A DNA stretch of 64,000 nt from positions 1-64,000 of IMG/VR virus record IMGVR_UViG_3300009183_000002; one strand, written 5' to 3'. This DNA comes from a virus. Each line of letters begins with the position of its first letter. Positions within the stretch are counted from its first letter, which is position 1. Shown piece by piece: positions 45,435-55,566 of this stretch. A program made the position numbers and the translations under genes. The notes under the pieces are model-generated. The model was given only the letters and a program-made list of their open reading frames with translations, did not search any database and was not told the origin of the DNA.

Positions 45435-46325
45435 TCAGCTCCAGAAACCAGAGACAAGATTTGCAGCTACATTGCCAAACGAAGAGATGTTGGCTATTTC
45501 TTTCTGTCCTTCGTTTTTAATTTTTTGGGTTTCTTTATCAATCTCACCTTGAAGATTGGTTAAACCAGCGCTGTATAAATACTGACGAGTGTCACGTACA
45601 TTCTGAAGTTGTTCTTGGATTTCTCCAGGTGTTCCACTAAATTTATCCTGGAAGTCAGGCGTTGAAACCTTTGCACGGCTTGCAAGCTCTGTGCCTGCAT
45701 AAGTAGGCAACAAGCTTTTATCAAAAGTAAAGGAACGTTTACCCGTTTTCTTACCTTTTTCATCAACACCTTGTTTACCAAACATGGTGTCGTAATAGTT
45801 GTCAAGATAGCTCGTATTGAACTTATCTTGATACTCAGAACCCTTGACAAGAGAATCTTTAAGATCTTGGACGCTACTGTAATACCCCTGGTTAAAACGC
45901 TCTTGAGCCTTGCCGAGTTCTTCTTCTGTAGCTTGGCGTCCAAGGAGTTCTTCATAGGCCGCCTTGGTGCCCGTAGTGCGGCGTCCGGGGAGAAGCTCTT
46001 GGGTGTAGATCTTGGTTAAATCAGATACATCTTGTTCTGGTGGTGCCAGATCATATTTAGATGCATAGTCCCGCAGTTGGGAAGTCGCATCTGAATAACC
46101 AATCAATCCTTGACGAAGCTGGGACTCAAGCCCAGAACGCATTCCGCCAAACCCAGAAGCGGCAGAAGCTTTACGTGCATCTGCAGCAGCTTTAGCTTCG
46201 GCCTTTTCAGTAGCAGCACGTGTCTCAGCAGCAGTTTCCCGATCTTGTTGGTACTTTAAATACTTCTCAAAAGAATCGTCTTTTGGGATTTCAGGAGATT
46301 TGTAAGTAACTTTAGAGCCGCCCAT
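45435..46325 (-). CDS. putative internal virion protein
   Basis: 296 aa; GGAGG SD. Confidence 0.75.
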   Translation of the reverse strand: MGGSKVTYKSPEIPKDDSFEKYLKYQQDRETAAETRAATEKAEAKAAADARKASAASGFGGMRSGLESQLRQGLIGYSDATSQLRDYASKYDLAPPEQDVSDLTKIYTQELLPGRRTTGTKAAYEELLGRQATEEELGKAQERFNQGYYSSVQDLKDSLVKGSEYQDKFNTSYLDNYYDTMFGKQGVDEKGKKTGKRSFTFDKSLLPTYAGTELASRAKVSTPDFQDKFSGTPGEIQEQLQNVRDTRQYLYSAGLTNLQGEIDKETQKIKNEGQKEIANISSFGNVAANLVSGFWS

Positions 46326-46335
46326 GGTTTACCTC

Positions 46336-46914
46336 CTATACAAATAAAGTACCAACGTCAACTGGCGCAATGCGACCAAACGTACCCATCATTTGAGCCT
46401 GACGTTCAGCTAAAGATTGCTTTAATGCGGTACGAGCGTCACGTTGTGAACTTTCTTTCGCTTCTGCTGAGTTAGCTAAACCAAACCCACGGCGCTGACC
46501 TTCTGTTGCTAACGCCAATCTACGTTCAGCCAGTGGGCCCGTATCAAACATCGCGGCTTCTCTTTGCCGCCCAAATTCAACGTCAGGCATCCACGTACCT
46601 TGAGCTACGCGTGCGCCAATATTACCACCTTCTCCAAACTTGGCCATATCCCGGCCTTGGAGGATATTATATTTCAGAGCATCACCCGCAGCAGCCATCT
46701 GCGCTTGAGCAATGCTTGCTTGGGTTTTGTTTGCACCAAAACCAGCAAGGGCTCCAATGCCAGCACTGGCAAAACCTAGGCCTGCTGTTAACGGATCAAA
46801 CATGCCTCCTCCTTTGTTAGCACTACCGGAAAATCCTCCAGCTGTAGAGACTGGCTCAGTAACATTCATCCAACTGTTGTTGGGAAAGCTACTAGCTTTG
46901 ACTCCGAACTGCAT
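46336..46914 (-). CDS. putative ejection/pilot-type virion protein
   Basis: Gly/Ala-rich hydrophobic segment followed by a Gln/Ala helix. Confidence 0.7.
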   Translation of the reverse strand: MQFGVKASSFPNNSWMNVTEPVSTAGGFSGSANKGGGMFDPLTAGLGFASAGIGALAGFGANKTQASIAQAQMAAAGDALKYNILQGRDMAKFGEGGNIGARVAQGTWMPDVEFGRQREAAMFDTGPLAERRLALATEGQRRGFGLANSAEAKESSQRDARTALKQSLAERQAQMMGTFGRIAPVDVGTLFV

Positions 46915-46940
46915 AATTTATAACTTATTTTAGTGTACGT

Positions 46941-47363
46941 TTACCCACGACCAAAGTAAGATGTTGGCGTGTACTGTGCAGAACGAGCAACAACTTGAGG
47001 CCCAGGAAGTGCACGTACACCTTCCATTACCGTATTGGAAATACGATTGGCACCTTCCATGGCTAGCTGACCAGGGAGTGTGAAAGCTTGTGTAATCTGC
47101 CCAGGGATATCAAACAGTAGCTTGTAAGGAGCTGCTGCTTTCATGCGCTCCCTATCAAATTCATTTTGAACTTTTAACTTTTCACGCATTGCTTCGGGCG
47201 TATTTTGTTCTTGTGAAAAATTCAGTAACCTTTCAAAAAAACTGCCGTCATCGCCACCTACTGGAAAAGCCTGTTGCAAACCATATCGTTGTTGCTCGTC
47301 TGTAAGCCCAGCTTCTTTAAGTTGCTTGGCAGTTGCTGCGTAAGCGTTTGCGTCAAAAGGCAT
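46941..47363 (-). CDS. hypothetical virion protein
   Basis: 140-aa ORF. Confidence 0.7.
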   Translation of the reverse strand: MPFDANAYAATAKQLKEAGLTDEQQRYGLQQAFPVGGDDGSFFERLLNFSQEQNTPEAMREKLKVQNEFDRERMKAAAPYKLLFDIPGQITQAFTLPGQLAMEGANRISNTVMEGVRALPGPQVVARSAQYTPTSYFGRG

Positions 47364-47366
47364 GAC

Positions 47367-48254
47367 TTAACCCCGATATTGGAAAGCAGACTGAGCATAA
47401 GGATTAGGAGCTGTCATCATAGTACGCACCGTTTCACCAGCCTGTGACTGAGCACCACCAGCAAGTTGAGCAGTGTACATCTGACGATTCAATGCACCAG
47501 TTAGTTGGGCATTTTGTTGGTTAAGCTGCATCTGACGTTGTGTTTCGTTGTTGCGGAATTGCTCTTGAAGGGGAAGCATTTCCCGTGCAATTTCTACTTG
47601 ACTACGTCCGGTAATACGCGACAGTTCTGCAATATCTTTAAGGTTTTTATCTGTAATCTCAACACCACCACCGGTAAGACCAGACTTACCTTCTTCCCTA
47701 CGTGCGCCGGTAACAGCACCAGTAACAGCACCAGCAGCATTAGCAACAGCGCCGCCAAGAGCATTGGTAACACCCCCGCCAACACCGCCACCGAGCAAGC
47801 CGCCTGCAATACGAATAGCACCGCCAACAATGGGAGCAGCAAGTTTACCCTTGGAACCCATTGCGCCAAGTGCGGTTTCAGCAGATTTAGCAAGTCCTCC
47901 GCTTAGTTTGGCGCCTACGACACCACCACCAATTTCACCCGCACCACGTAGAAGCTCACCCTGCATCAAACTCCCAACACCATAGGCAGTTGGAGCAGCA
48001 ATACCCACGCCAGGAAGTTGCATACCTGCGCCTAAAAGCCCTGCTGCTTGCTTTGCACCACCCCTAAGACTGTTTAAGAATTCTCCAAATCCAGCACCCT
48101 TACCACCACCAGGGACATTGACGTCTACTGGAATTGTTTGTACGCCAGCAGAGGTCATGCTTCCGCCTGGAGAAGGTACTAATGCACCTGCTTGATAATT
48201 AGAGTAACGACCACCTGTCATGTCGTTATAGCCCTGTAAACTATAGCCAGCCAT
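47367..48254 (-). CDS. glycine-zipper-rich putative ejection protein
   Basis: GGxxG hydrophobic repeats and Gln-rich C-terminus. Confidence 0.72.
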   Translation of the reverse strand: MAGYSLQGYNDMTGGRYSNYQAGALVPSPGGSMTSAGVQTIPVDVNVPGGGKGAGFGEFLNSLRGGAKQAAGLLGAGMQLPGVGIAAPTAYGVGSLMQGELLRGAGEIGGGVVGAKLSGGLAKSAETALGAMGSKGKLAAPIVGGAIRIAGGLLGGGVGGGVTNALGGAVANAAGAVTGAVTGARREEGKSGLTGGGVEITDKNLKDIAELSRITGRSQVEIAREMLPLQEQFRNNETQRQMQLNQQNAQLTGALNRQMYTAQLAGGAQSQAGETVRTMMTAPNPYAQSAFQYRG

Positions 48255-48288
48255 AATTAACTTTACTCAATACATTAATTTTACCAGC

Positions 48289-49260
48289 CTACATACTTTG
48301 TGGGTATGCCAAAGTTGAAGGATACGTTGGACGATTGCCTGCAGCAATTGATTCATTAATTGCATTACCAACTGCAACACCACCAAGCGAACCTGCAAGG
48401 CCACCGGCAACAGCACCAACTATGCGCTGGGTAGGCGTCCCACGGCGGGTCAAGTTTGGTATCTTGGGCTCTGGCTTGGAAGCCATTCGCGCACCTTGCG
48501 CAGCACCTAATGTTCCTCCTGCAAATCCAGCAGCCATTGGAATGCTTACAGGAAAGCCCAGTAGACGGGCTTCTGGATTACCTTGTAAATTCTCAGAAGT
48601 TCCTTTAAGAACTCCCAATCCCAACAAACCTTTGTCTTGGTACAGATAATTCATATAGTTACCGTAACGCTCGGGTGTTAAATCGGGAATATCTTGTTTT
48701 GCAGTTTCATATTTAAGTGGATCTCCAGTGCGGTTAAGAAAAAAACGTTCAAATAATTCTTGCACTGGCTGAGCGGTTGTACGGCGATCTTCTGACCCAA
48801 GCTCTGAATACGATTGTGCAAATCCCTTAGGACGAAACTGCTCTTCCGGATTTGTAATATCATATGTACCAGAGGCTGCTACAGCAGGTGCAGCAATTGC
48901 TAATCCCGTAAGCGCTCTACCGGTTGGGGATTTAATTAAATCTTTGTTAACAAGAGTTTCTACACCTGCTTGTGCAATGGCAAGTGGGTGGTTGTATCTC
49001 CACCAATAAGTGCGAGTACCATCGTTGGCAGCATCGACTGCTAAACGAGCAGCATATGCTCCCAAGAACTGAGCGGGTGTCTCGCCAAAAGTAATGCCTT
49101 CCCTTGCAATTGATTTTTTAAAGCGAGGATCAAGAATGCTTTGCCCATAACCTAAACCTTTTACACCACTCTTCTTCATCACCTCATCAGCTTTAACCGC
49201 ACCTTGCTGGAGGCTCTTGCTGATGTTGACTAGCTCGTCTTTTAAATTTTGAATATTCAT
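48289..49260 (-). CDS. putative internal virion protein with C-terminal glycine zipper
   Basis: 323-aa ORF. Confidence 0.72.
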   Translation of the reverse strand: MNIQNLKDELVNISKSLQQGAVKADEVMKKSGVKGLGYGQSILDPRFKKSIAREGITFGETPAQFLGAYAARLAVDAANDGTRTYWWRYNHPLAIAQAGVETLVNKDLIKSPTGRALTGLAIAAPAVAASGTYDITNPEEQFRPKGFAQSYSELGSEDRRTTAQPVQELFERFFLNRTGDPLKYETAKQDIPDLTPERYGNYMNYLYQDKGLLGLGVLKGTSENLQGNPEARLLGFPVSIPMAAGFAGGTLGAAQGARMASKPEPKIPNLTRRGTPTQRIVGAVAGGLAGSLGGVAVGNAINESIAAGNRPTYPSTLAYPQSM

Positions 49261-49853
49261 CAGACTGTGCGATAGGGTAACCCTTGCATTTGATACAGAG
49301 TTCCAGGGGAAGTCATCTGTTGCTGTAGATCGTTTATCTGCTGCATCTGCTGCAACTGCTGTGCTTGAGTAGCTGCTTGCTCTTCAGCATATTGCTGTTG
49401 CATAAACATCGGCTCTATGCCTAAAGTGGCCCCGACGCTACCAGCGTACATAAGACCGTGTTCGGCAGCGCTTGGTGTGTATGTTTTTTGAAGCTGCGCG
49501 ACATTAATAGGATTTCCCTGCTTTGCTGATTCGTATTCTTTAGGGCTAAGTTGATAGCCATATTTACCTGCCATTTTGGGAGCGTACTGTTGCAATGCAC
49601 GTGCTCCCCCATAACTCAAGCCTAGGTCTGCTGCACCAACAGCTAAACCAGCAAGCGGATTGCCTGTTGCAATAGTGCTAACAATACCACCAAGGGCAGC
49701 CCCTGGTAAAGCAGTAGATAGAAGTTCGGAACCACCCTTTGCCGCAATGCTGTTGGCATAGCGCAAAACATCTGAATCCGGATGCATCCGAGCAGCCCTT
49801 GACAACACTTCAGGCTTAGCTAATACTCGTCCCAGCAGTCCAGCTAACTTCAT
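49260..49853 (-). CDS. putative virion/membrane-active protein
   Basis: TGNPLAGLAVGAADLGL hydrophobic segment; Gln-rich tail. Confidence 0.7.
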   Translation of the reverse strand: MKLAGLLGRVLAKPEVLSRAARMHPDSDVLRYANSIAAKGGSELLSTALPGAALGGIVSTIATGNPLAGLAVGAADLGLSYGGARALQQYAPKMAGKYGYQLSPKEYESAKQGNPINVAQLQKTYTPSAAEHGLMYAGSVGATLGIEPMFMQQQYAEEQAATQAQQLQQMQQINDLQQQMTSPGTLYQMQGLPYRTV

Positions 49854-49887
49854 CTATTTAACTCTTATCTTTCTATTTTATGTGTTG

Positions 49888-50544
49888 TTACTCTTGAGTT
49901 TTACCAGGAGATGTATTTGTGTTTATTGCAGTCTCATCAGCAGTTTCCTCGCTTTGCCTATCGTCTGGGTTTCTTTGCTCAGCTTTCATTACTCCCTTGC
50001 GATCCAAAAGCTGTGCAATAGATGGTTTGTCTTCCACTTCATTCTCGACTCGTTTTTCAGCCAGCGCCATCAAGTAGCCGTTAGGGTCGGGGTTCCGAAG
50101 CCTGGGCATTGGATTCTTAGCTGTCTTACTAGGATTTACTGTGGGACTGATCTTGTATGCTTCCATCCACTGCGGATTAAAATCTGGTTGATCTTGCGGA
50201 CGTTGTGTGGTCCTTGCCCGTCCTTCATCAAAGTCATAATCTACAGGCCGATCAAAACGACCCAAGCCTTCAAACAGTTCATACTCTGACGTAACTTCTT
50301 CATTACTATCAAAGAACGGTGAGTTACCAACAAAGTTAAGATCAGGGTTCAGTGTTGTTTTGCGTGTCATTCCACGTTTCAACAAGTCCTCGCTATTAAA
50401 TCTTGATGGGTTCCAGGGATAGGCGCCTGTGTCTGGCTTAGAGCGAAACGAGTCATCAAAGTCGACACGCTTACCAATCTGCCCTTGCCTGTTAAAAGGG
50501 TTTTGAATGTAACGACCTAGATCAAGCCGAGCGTCTTTTGCCAT
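49888..50544 (-). CDS. hypothetical protein
   Basis: 218-aa ORF. Confidence 0.7.
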   Translation of the reverse strand: MAKDARLDLGRYIQNPFNRQGQIGKRVDFDDSFRSKPDTGAYPWNPSRFNSEDLLKRGMTRKTTLNPDLNFVGNSPFFDSNEEVTSEYELFEGLGRFDRPVDYDFDEGRARTTQRPQDQPDFNPQWMEAYKISPTVNPSKTAKNPMPRLRNPDPNGYLMALAEKRVENEVEDKPSIAQLLDRKGVMKAEQRNPDDRQSEETADETAINTNTSPGKTQE

Positions 50545-50768
50545 TATTCTTTAATTTTTCCTTCTTTCTTTTTCTTGTGTAATCCTACCAAGGTCTTACG
50601 GAGATTGGCTTGCTTCACCGTTTTTTCGTCGTACTTGTCTGGATCAGACAATACGTTCTCCTGCAGCTGCGCAGTGGTAATCTTACGTTTTTTAGCTTTA
50701 GCTGTAAAAGCACCTTCCTTCATCTCGGTGCCTTGAATCCATTTTTTATCTTTCTTTTTTTCAGCCAT
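50544..50768 (-). CDS. basic small protein (KWIQ...GAFTAKAK type)
   Basis: KKWIQGTEMKEGAFTAKAKK...KQANLRKTL. Confidence 0.72.
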   Translation of the reverse strand: MAEKKKDKKWIQGTEMKEGAFTAKAKKRKITTAQLQENVLSDPDKYDEKTVKQANLRKTLVGLHKKKKEGKIKE

Positions 50769-50770
50769 GG

Positions 50771-53626
50771 TTACCTGAGAGTAGAAAAGGTTCCGCCTGC
50801 GACAGAGACTCCTCTTTGTTTCATCATCTTATCAAGAAAAGACTGAGCTTCCCCTGGTTTACCCGTAAGTTGAAGTTGTCTAAGCTGGCGGGCAACATCA
50901 AAAGATTCTTGTTTTTGAGGGGTTGGTGTTTGCGTAACCATATCTGAAGCACGATAAGCGGGTTTACCAAAATCTTGAGTCATCTGTCGAATCATGTTTT
51001 CGGTCCCCGAGCCGCCAGGGAAAGCTACCAGTACGTCACCTTCTTTAGCCATTTGCGTGTTTCGTAATGTTCCAGCGGATAACCCCTGTTCATTCCAATT
51101 AGCAGGAAATACTTGAAGACCAAGGCCACGTTCTTGAGCATATCTTTCGGCTAACGTATCCGCGCCACGAGCACCTCCTGACACAATCTTTACACTCATA
51201 CCTTCTGGAATATTCAGTTGAGAAATAGTCTGATCAAGTTTCTGGCTTAACTCAGGATAGTTCTCATACTTACGACCGCCTGCAACAACAACGTTAACTG
51301 TTTGCTTGCCTTGCTTACGAGAGCCGGCTGGTAAACGCCAAGCAGAAGGCGAATTTGATGGGGAAATAGCTGCTTCGGGAGATGTGGATGACGCACCCAT
51401 AGCTGCACGTTGGACTCCATACATATCTTCAGAACTTAAGATATCAGAATAAGATTCTCCAGAGTTTTCACCACGAATAGATGTACGGCTTGCGGCCTGC
51501 ATTTTGAGAGGCTCTCCAGTTTCGGGGTCAAATGCATTAATGTTTGAAACGGATTTAGCACGACCACCAGAAAGCAAACCACCTGGCACAATTTCTAAAT
51601 CATTAGGCCCAGGTTGAGCCATCCTGGCACCGCGTTCAATATTAGAAAGCTCGCCACCCTCGGCTTCAAAAGACATAGTGTCAGGTGCGGTGCGCTTAGG
51701 GCGAACAACAGTTCCCTCACCGCTCCAATCAACTAAGGTGCTTGGCGTCCATTTAGAAAGTTCTTCAAGTTGCTCGTTGGCTGTATTAGTTGCACCTGCT
51801 AAACGGTTGTTAAGAAAATTAAGTTCTGACTCATTGTTTTGCATTTGATTGGCAACATTTCTAAGCTGTTGCCCAAGTTCGCGATCTGGTTTTTGATTTA
51901 AACTGTACAACAACATATTTTGTTGTTCACCTAAAGCAGCCTGTTGTTTTGCTAAAGCATTGATACGAGGAGTGACTTCAAGTCGAACACCTCCAAGCCA
52001 ATTTTTAACTTCGTTTTGTTTATTGATAAAATCTTGTTCAGAATTAATTGCAGTCTGTTCTGAGATAAATGGCTTACGGAAGGCAAGTTCTGGATCATCT
52101 TGCATCACATCTTTAATATTTACATCAAACTCTGTTCCACTTACCATACGGGTGTTAGGCATTTGCGACAAAGAAGCAGCTTGCAGATAACGAGGATCTT
52201 CTAAGCCAACTTCCATTGCTTGTTTTGTTTTTGTAAACTCACTGCCATACTCGTACGATTTAGGTCCAAGGCGAGATGCTAATTCTTTTTCAACTCTTCC
52301 TGTAGTTGCAGCACCACCTTCTTGTTCTAGTTGCGATGCAATGTTTCCACGTTGCTTAGCAATAAAATCCTTAACAAAACCTGTGGTGCTAACTGGTTGA
52401 CTTGTCATCTCAACACTTTGTCCAGGACCAAGGCCAGTCCGTGTTTGTCGAGGTGTATTTAAAGAAAACCGTTGGCCAGTGCGTAGGTCAATACCTTCAG
52501 CTTGATCAAGCGGGCGGCCATCAGGCATCATGTCTGCCACGGCGTTAACCGAAGCATCTTGGCGATTAGCTAATGCTTCCGTAGGTTGAGTCTGTGTACG
52601 CAGAGGTGCTTCATACGTATCTTGTAAACGGTCTACGGTACCAATGTCGATATCTTCATTACGCTGCAGTGCACTCATGGTGCGCCCCGTCATTTGATCT
52701 TCGCCCGATTCCAAGGCGTTGATTGCCTGGTCGACGTTAAAAGCACGTGTTGTCTGTTGTTGGTTTACGAGCGTTTCATTTTGAATCTCGCTTACCAGGT
52801 TCCAGAGGTTCTTGCGTTCTTGTGATTGGATGCTGGCTGCTTGCCTTGCAATCTCACTCCTGGCGCCTTTGTTGCTGAATGCGCTGACTTCATCAATCAG
52901 ATCACCAGCGGCTTGTTCTGCTGCACGATTTAGAACAGTCTGTTCAATGTAGCCACGACCGCCAAGTTGATTTGCTAAAAAGTCCGTGCCACTAGGACGA
53001 GTGGGCGGAAGAGCTTTAATTTCAGAAACAACGTCGTCAACGCCTTCTTGTAATTGACCATAAGGAGAAAATTGCCCTAACAGACCTTGACCACCCGTTG
53101 CTGCTGGTGGGTTGCCCAAATCTTCTACAGAAACTTTCTGGATTCCTAAAGTTGCACGCGCACGTTCGGGTGAAATGTTACTTAAATCTGTTTGCACAAT
53201 ACCAGGCATTCTTTCTGCCCTGGCAACACGGGCATTTTCCTCCATGGTGCCCAAACGTTCCACCATCCCACCAGGAGTTGGCCGTGCAGTAGGCGGTTGG
53301 CTAGGCGCTGGGGGACGTTGACTTGGAGGAGGTGCAGTTTGTTGACGACCAGCTGCGCGACGCACAGTTTCTTCAGCTTTACGTGCAGTGCTACCCAAAT
53401 CTTCTACTGAAACATTTTGAGTTGCGGTACGAGCTGCACGATTTGCTAATAAACGCTTAGCACCTAAGCCAGCAGCTACACCAGCACCAGCAACTAACGC
53501 CGCTTTACCTAACGCATCAATAAATCCACCGCCTTGGTCTCCACCTTCTTTCTGTCTGTCGGCTTCATACGCAGCTTGCGCCAAGAGAGCAGCTTGTAAA
53601 TTAGGATCGCTGTAATATGAAGCCAT
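50771..53626 (-). CDS. large putative virion protein with C-terminal YspA/DUF2493-like SLOG domain
   Basis: VVVAGGRKY...IVSGGARGADTLAERYA...FPANW...AGTLRNTQMAKEGDVLVAFPGGSGTENMI. Confidence 0.78.
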   Translation of the reverse strand: MASYYSDPNLQAALLAQAAYEADRQKEGGDQGGGFIDALGKAALVAGAGVAAGLGAKRLLANRAARTATQNVSVEDLGSTARKAEETVRRAAGRQQTAPPPSQRPPAPSQPPTARPTPGGMVERLGTMEENARVARAERMPGIVQTDLSNISPERARATLGIQKVSVEDLGNPPAATGGQGLLGQFSPYGQLQEGVDDVVSEIKALPPTRPSGTDFLANQLGGRGYIEQTVLNRAAEQAAGDLIDEVSAFSNKGARSEIARQAASIQSQERKNLWNLVSEIQNETLVNQQQTTRAFNVDQAINALESGEDQMTGRTMSALQRNEDIDIGTVDRLQDTYEAPLRTQTQPTEALANRQDASVNAVADMMPDGRPLDQAEGIDLRTGQRFSLNTPRQTRTGLGPGQSVEMTSQPVSTTGFVKDFIAKQRGNIASQLEQEGGAATTGRVEKELASRLGPKSYEYGSEFTKTKQAMEVGLEDPRYLQAASLSQMPNTRMVSGTEFDVNIKDVMQDDPELAFRKPFISEQTAINSEQDFINKQNEVKNWLGGVRLEVTPRINALAKQQAALGEQQNMLLYSLNQKPDRELGQQLRNVANQMQNNESELNFLNNRLAGATNTANEQLEELSKWTPSTLVDWSGEGTVVRPKRTAPDTMSFEAEGGELSNIERGARMAQPGPNDLEIVPGGLLSGGRAKSVSNINAFDPETGEPLKMQAASRTSIRGENSGESYSDILSSEDMYGVQRAAMGASSTSPEAAISPSNSPSAWRLPAGSRKQGKQTVNVVVAGGRKYENYPELSQKLDQTISQLNIPEGMSVKIVSGGARGADTLAERYAQERGLGLQVFPANWNEQGLSAGTLRNTQMAKEGDVLVAFPGGSGTENMIRQMTQDFGKPAYRASDMVTQTPTPQKQESFDVARQLRQLQLTGKPGEAQSFLDKMMKQRGVSVAGGTFSTLR

Positions 53627-53728
53627 AATTCTGGTCTATAACCGTTTGATTACCTCTCAACATTCTATTGTTGGCAAATCTTAGAAATAGAGGCGTTATA
53701 TTTAAAGAATAACGCATCAGTACCAGGA

Positions 53729-53941
53729 ATGGACGCAGGAACGCGCCAACAAAGGGTAGAAGCCCTAGAAACTATTAAAAACAAAGCCATGGAGATGGCT
53801 GGTAAGGGGAAAGATTCGCTGGAAGTACGTGATTTTGTAACTTCAGCTAAAAAAGAACTGGCATATGAGCTTCCCGATGAGGATGCTTTTAAAAAAGCCA
53901 TGAATGCAACGCTCGCATACAAGGCTAAGAAAGGAGAATAA
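53729..53941 (+). CDS. hypothetical protein
   Basis: 70-aa ORF with its own terminator. Confidence 0.7.
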   Translation: MDAGTRQQRVEALETIKNKAMEMAGKGKDSLEVRDFVTSAKKELAYELPDEDAFKKAMNATLAYKAKKGE

Positions 53942-53963
53942 TAAATTTTTTACAATGGTAATC

Positions 53964-53990
53964 GCCGGGGGTATTTACCCCGGCTTTTTT
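53964..53990 (+). terminator. intrinsic terminator
   Basis: GCCGGGGGTATTTACCCCGGC followed by TTTTTT. Confidence 0.8.
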
Positions 53991-54370
53991 GTGTGAATTC
54001 TTGGGCTACTTACCGCAATAACGTACAAAAACCAACTTTTACCCCTAGTTAGGTATTGTAATTTTTAAAAAATAAACCAAATCACCCCCAAAATGAGTCA
54101 ATGTACTTACTAAAGGGGTCGTATACATCTCAAATAGGGTACAGAATTAGCTGACGCTTCTCCCAACCCCTATCCGAGTGCGAATATGGGAGGAAAAAAA
54201 AGAACTGCGTGATGGTATCAGAAAGCGTTCTTGGTTCTGAACCAGAGCATGAGGAGGGAAAGTTGGGAAGTTAACCTCGCTTCGCTCGTAGGAAGAACGA
54301 AGACCGCTCACTTCGTTCGCTAAGAGAGTAAGTAGCACCCCCGAGGGTAACGATACACTAAATCAAGGCT

Positions 54371-54386
54371 GATACGAATTCGTATC
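54371..54386. promoter_or_regulatory. perfect 16-bp palindrome (operator-like); related copy at 57211-57226
   Basis: GATACGAATTCGTATC versus GATACGGCATCGTATC. Confidence 0.5.
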
Positions 54387-54458
54387 GCGCCTGAAATTGG
54401 GGAAGGATCCTTCGCACGACAGGGTTCAGATAGAACTGTAGTTCGCTTGGCACTGGGG

Positions 54459-54478
54459 TTTTCCACAGGTTTTCCACA
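54459..54478 (+). promoter_or_regulatory. two tandem DnaA-box-consensus sites
   Basis: TTTTCCACA at 54459 and 54470 (matches TTWTNCACA). Confidence 0.45.
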
Positions 54479-54525
54479 GGTAAGCCCAAGCATTCACATC
54501 TAACACTCGCACACATCTCAACACA

Positions 54526-54711
54526 ATGACACGTTCACTCATCGCTTCATACATGTTTGTATTCGGCGTCATCGCAACTGTTGGCACACAGCTCAGCGTA
54601 CAGAAACTTGAGGCTGCAACTGCAACTCAATGTATCCAGCATGACTGGCCAGTGAAAGCTCACCAGGTTCACATGGCTTGGTGTGCAGCCAACAACTATC
54701 GAACTAACTGA
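54526..54711 (+). CDS. small early protein with N-terminal TM/signal
   Basis: ...TQCIQHDWPVKAHQVHMAWCAANNY. Confidence 0.7.
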   Translation: MTRSLIASYMFVFGVIATVGTQLSVQKLEAATATQCIQHDWPVKAHQVHMAWCAANNYRTN

Positions 54712-54794
54712 GTACCAGGCGTGAGCCGAGGGATCGAATCCCTCACTCAGTATTACCCCCAGCGGAGATGGGTACCGCACACACGAGTAACACC

Positions 54795-54950
54795 GTGGCA
54801 ATTCGTAAGAACCTTGCTCAACAATTCGCTAATGCCGCCAAGGCATTGGAGAAAGATCAGAGCAAGGAGAAGCTTGGCTTAGCAATCATGGCTGCTCGCA
54901 TTGGTCTTGCCAATGCAATCATGCCGAAGATTCCTCCAGTCAAGCGCTGA
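54795..54950 (+). CDS. small early protein
   Basis: GTG start after repeat 1: MAIRKNLAQQFANAAKALEKD... Confidence 0.65.
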   Translation: MAIRKNLAQQFANAAKALEKDQSKEKLGLAIMAARIGLANAIMPKIPPVKR

Positions 54951-55034
54951 TTCGTACAAGCGAGTTGGGAGGTGCAAACCCTCCCACAGCTATTGCCTCC
55001 CGCAGAGATAGGCACTGCACAACAGGAGATTCCT

Positions 55035-55259
55035 GTGGACCAAGTCTACGTTCTTATGGGTTCTGTAATCTGTGATTACGACCAAGGAGACACTTGGGTA
55101 CAAGGCGTTTATGCAGATGAAGAATCTGCTTATCGCTACAGGGCTATTCTTGAAACAGAACAGCTCCAAAGAGGGATTGACTTAATTAAGTCAGATCCCA
55201 AAGCGAGCATCACCATTGATCGTCAATGGTCTGTTCGTCCTCATAAGCTAATCCGTTAA
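55035..55259 (+). CDS. small early protein
   Basis: AGGAG SD + GTG; VYVLMG...VQGVYADEESA. Confidence 0.7.
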   Translation: MDQVYVLMGSVICDYDQGDTWVQGVYADEESAYRYRAILETEQLQRGIDLIKSDPKASITIDRQWSVRPHKLIR

Positions 55260-55326
55260 AGCGGGTGACCAGGTGCAAACCCTGGTCTAGCAATTGCCAC
55301 ACACTGAGTGTGGCTCACTCAAGACC

Positions 55327-55482
55327 ATGACAACCACATATCAACAACTCCGTCAGTACTTTACTGAACAAGAGTTGGACAACGCAACAGTTATCACACG
55401 TCATGTGCAACACGATTTTCCGCACATGACATACGCAGAGATTTACATCAACCTTCTGGTTCAGATGATTGCTGAACGTTGA
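55327..55482 (+). CDS. small early protein
   Basis: MTTTYQQLRQYFTEQELD... Confidence 0.65.
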   Translation: MTTTYQQLRQYFTEQELDNATVITRHVQHDFPHMTYAEIYINLLVQMIAER

Positions 55483-55566
55483 GTACCAGGCGTGAGCCGG
55501 GGAATCAAATTCCCCACTCAACTATTGCCTCCCGCAGAGATAGGCACTGCATACATAGAGTTATCC

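Noticed and set aside
54972-55566. Shared N-termini (QLLPPAEIGTA) of ORF-track proteins 54972 and 55492
   Set aside because: Translation through the non-coding family-1 repeat; better starts are at 55035 and 55567.
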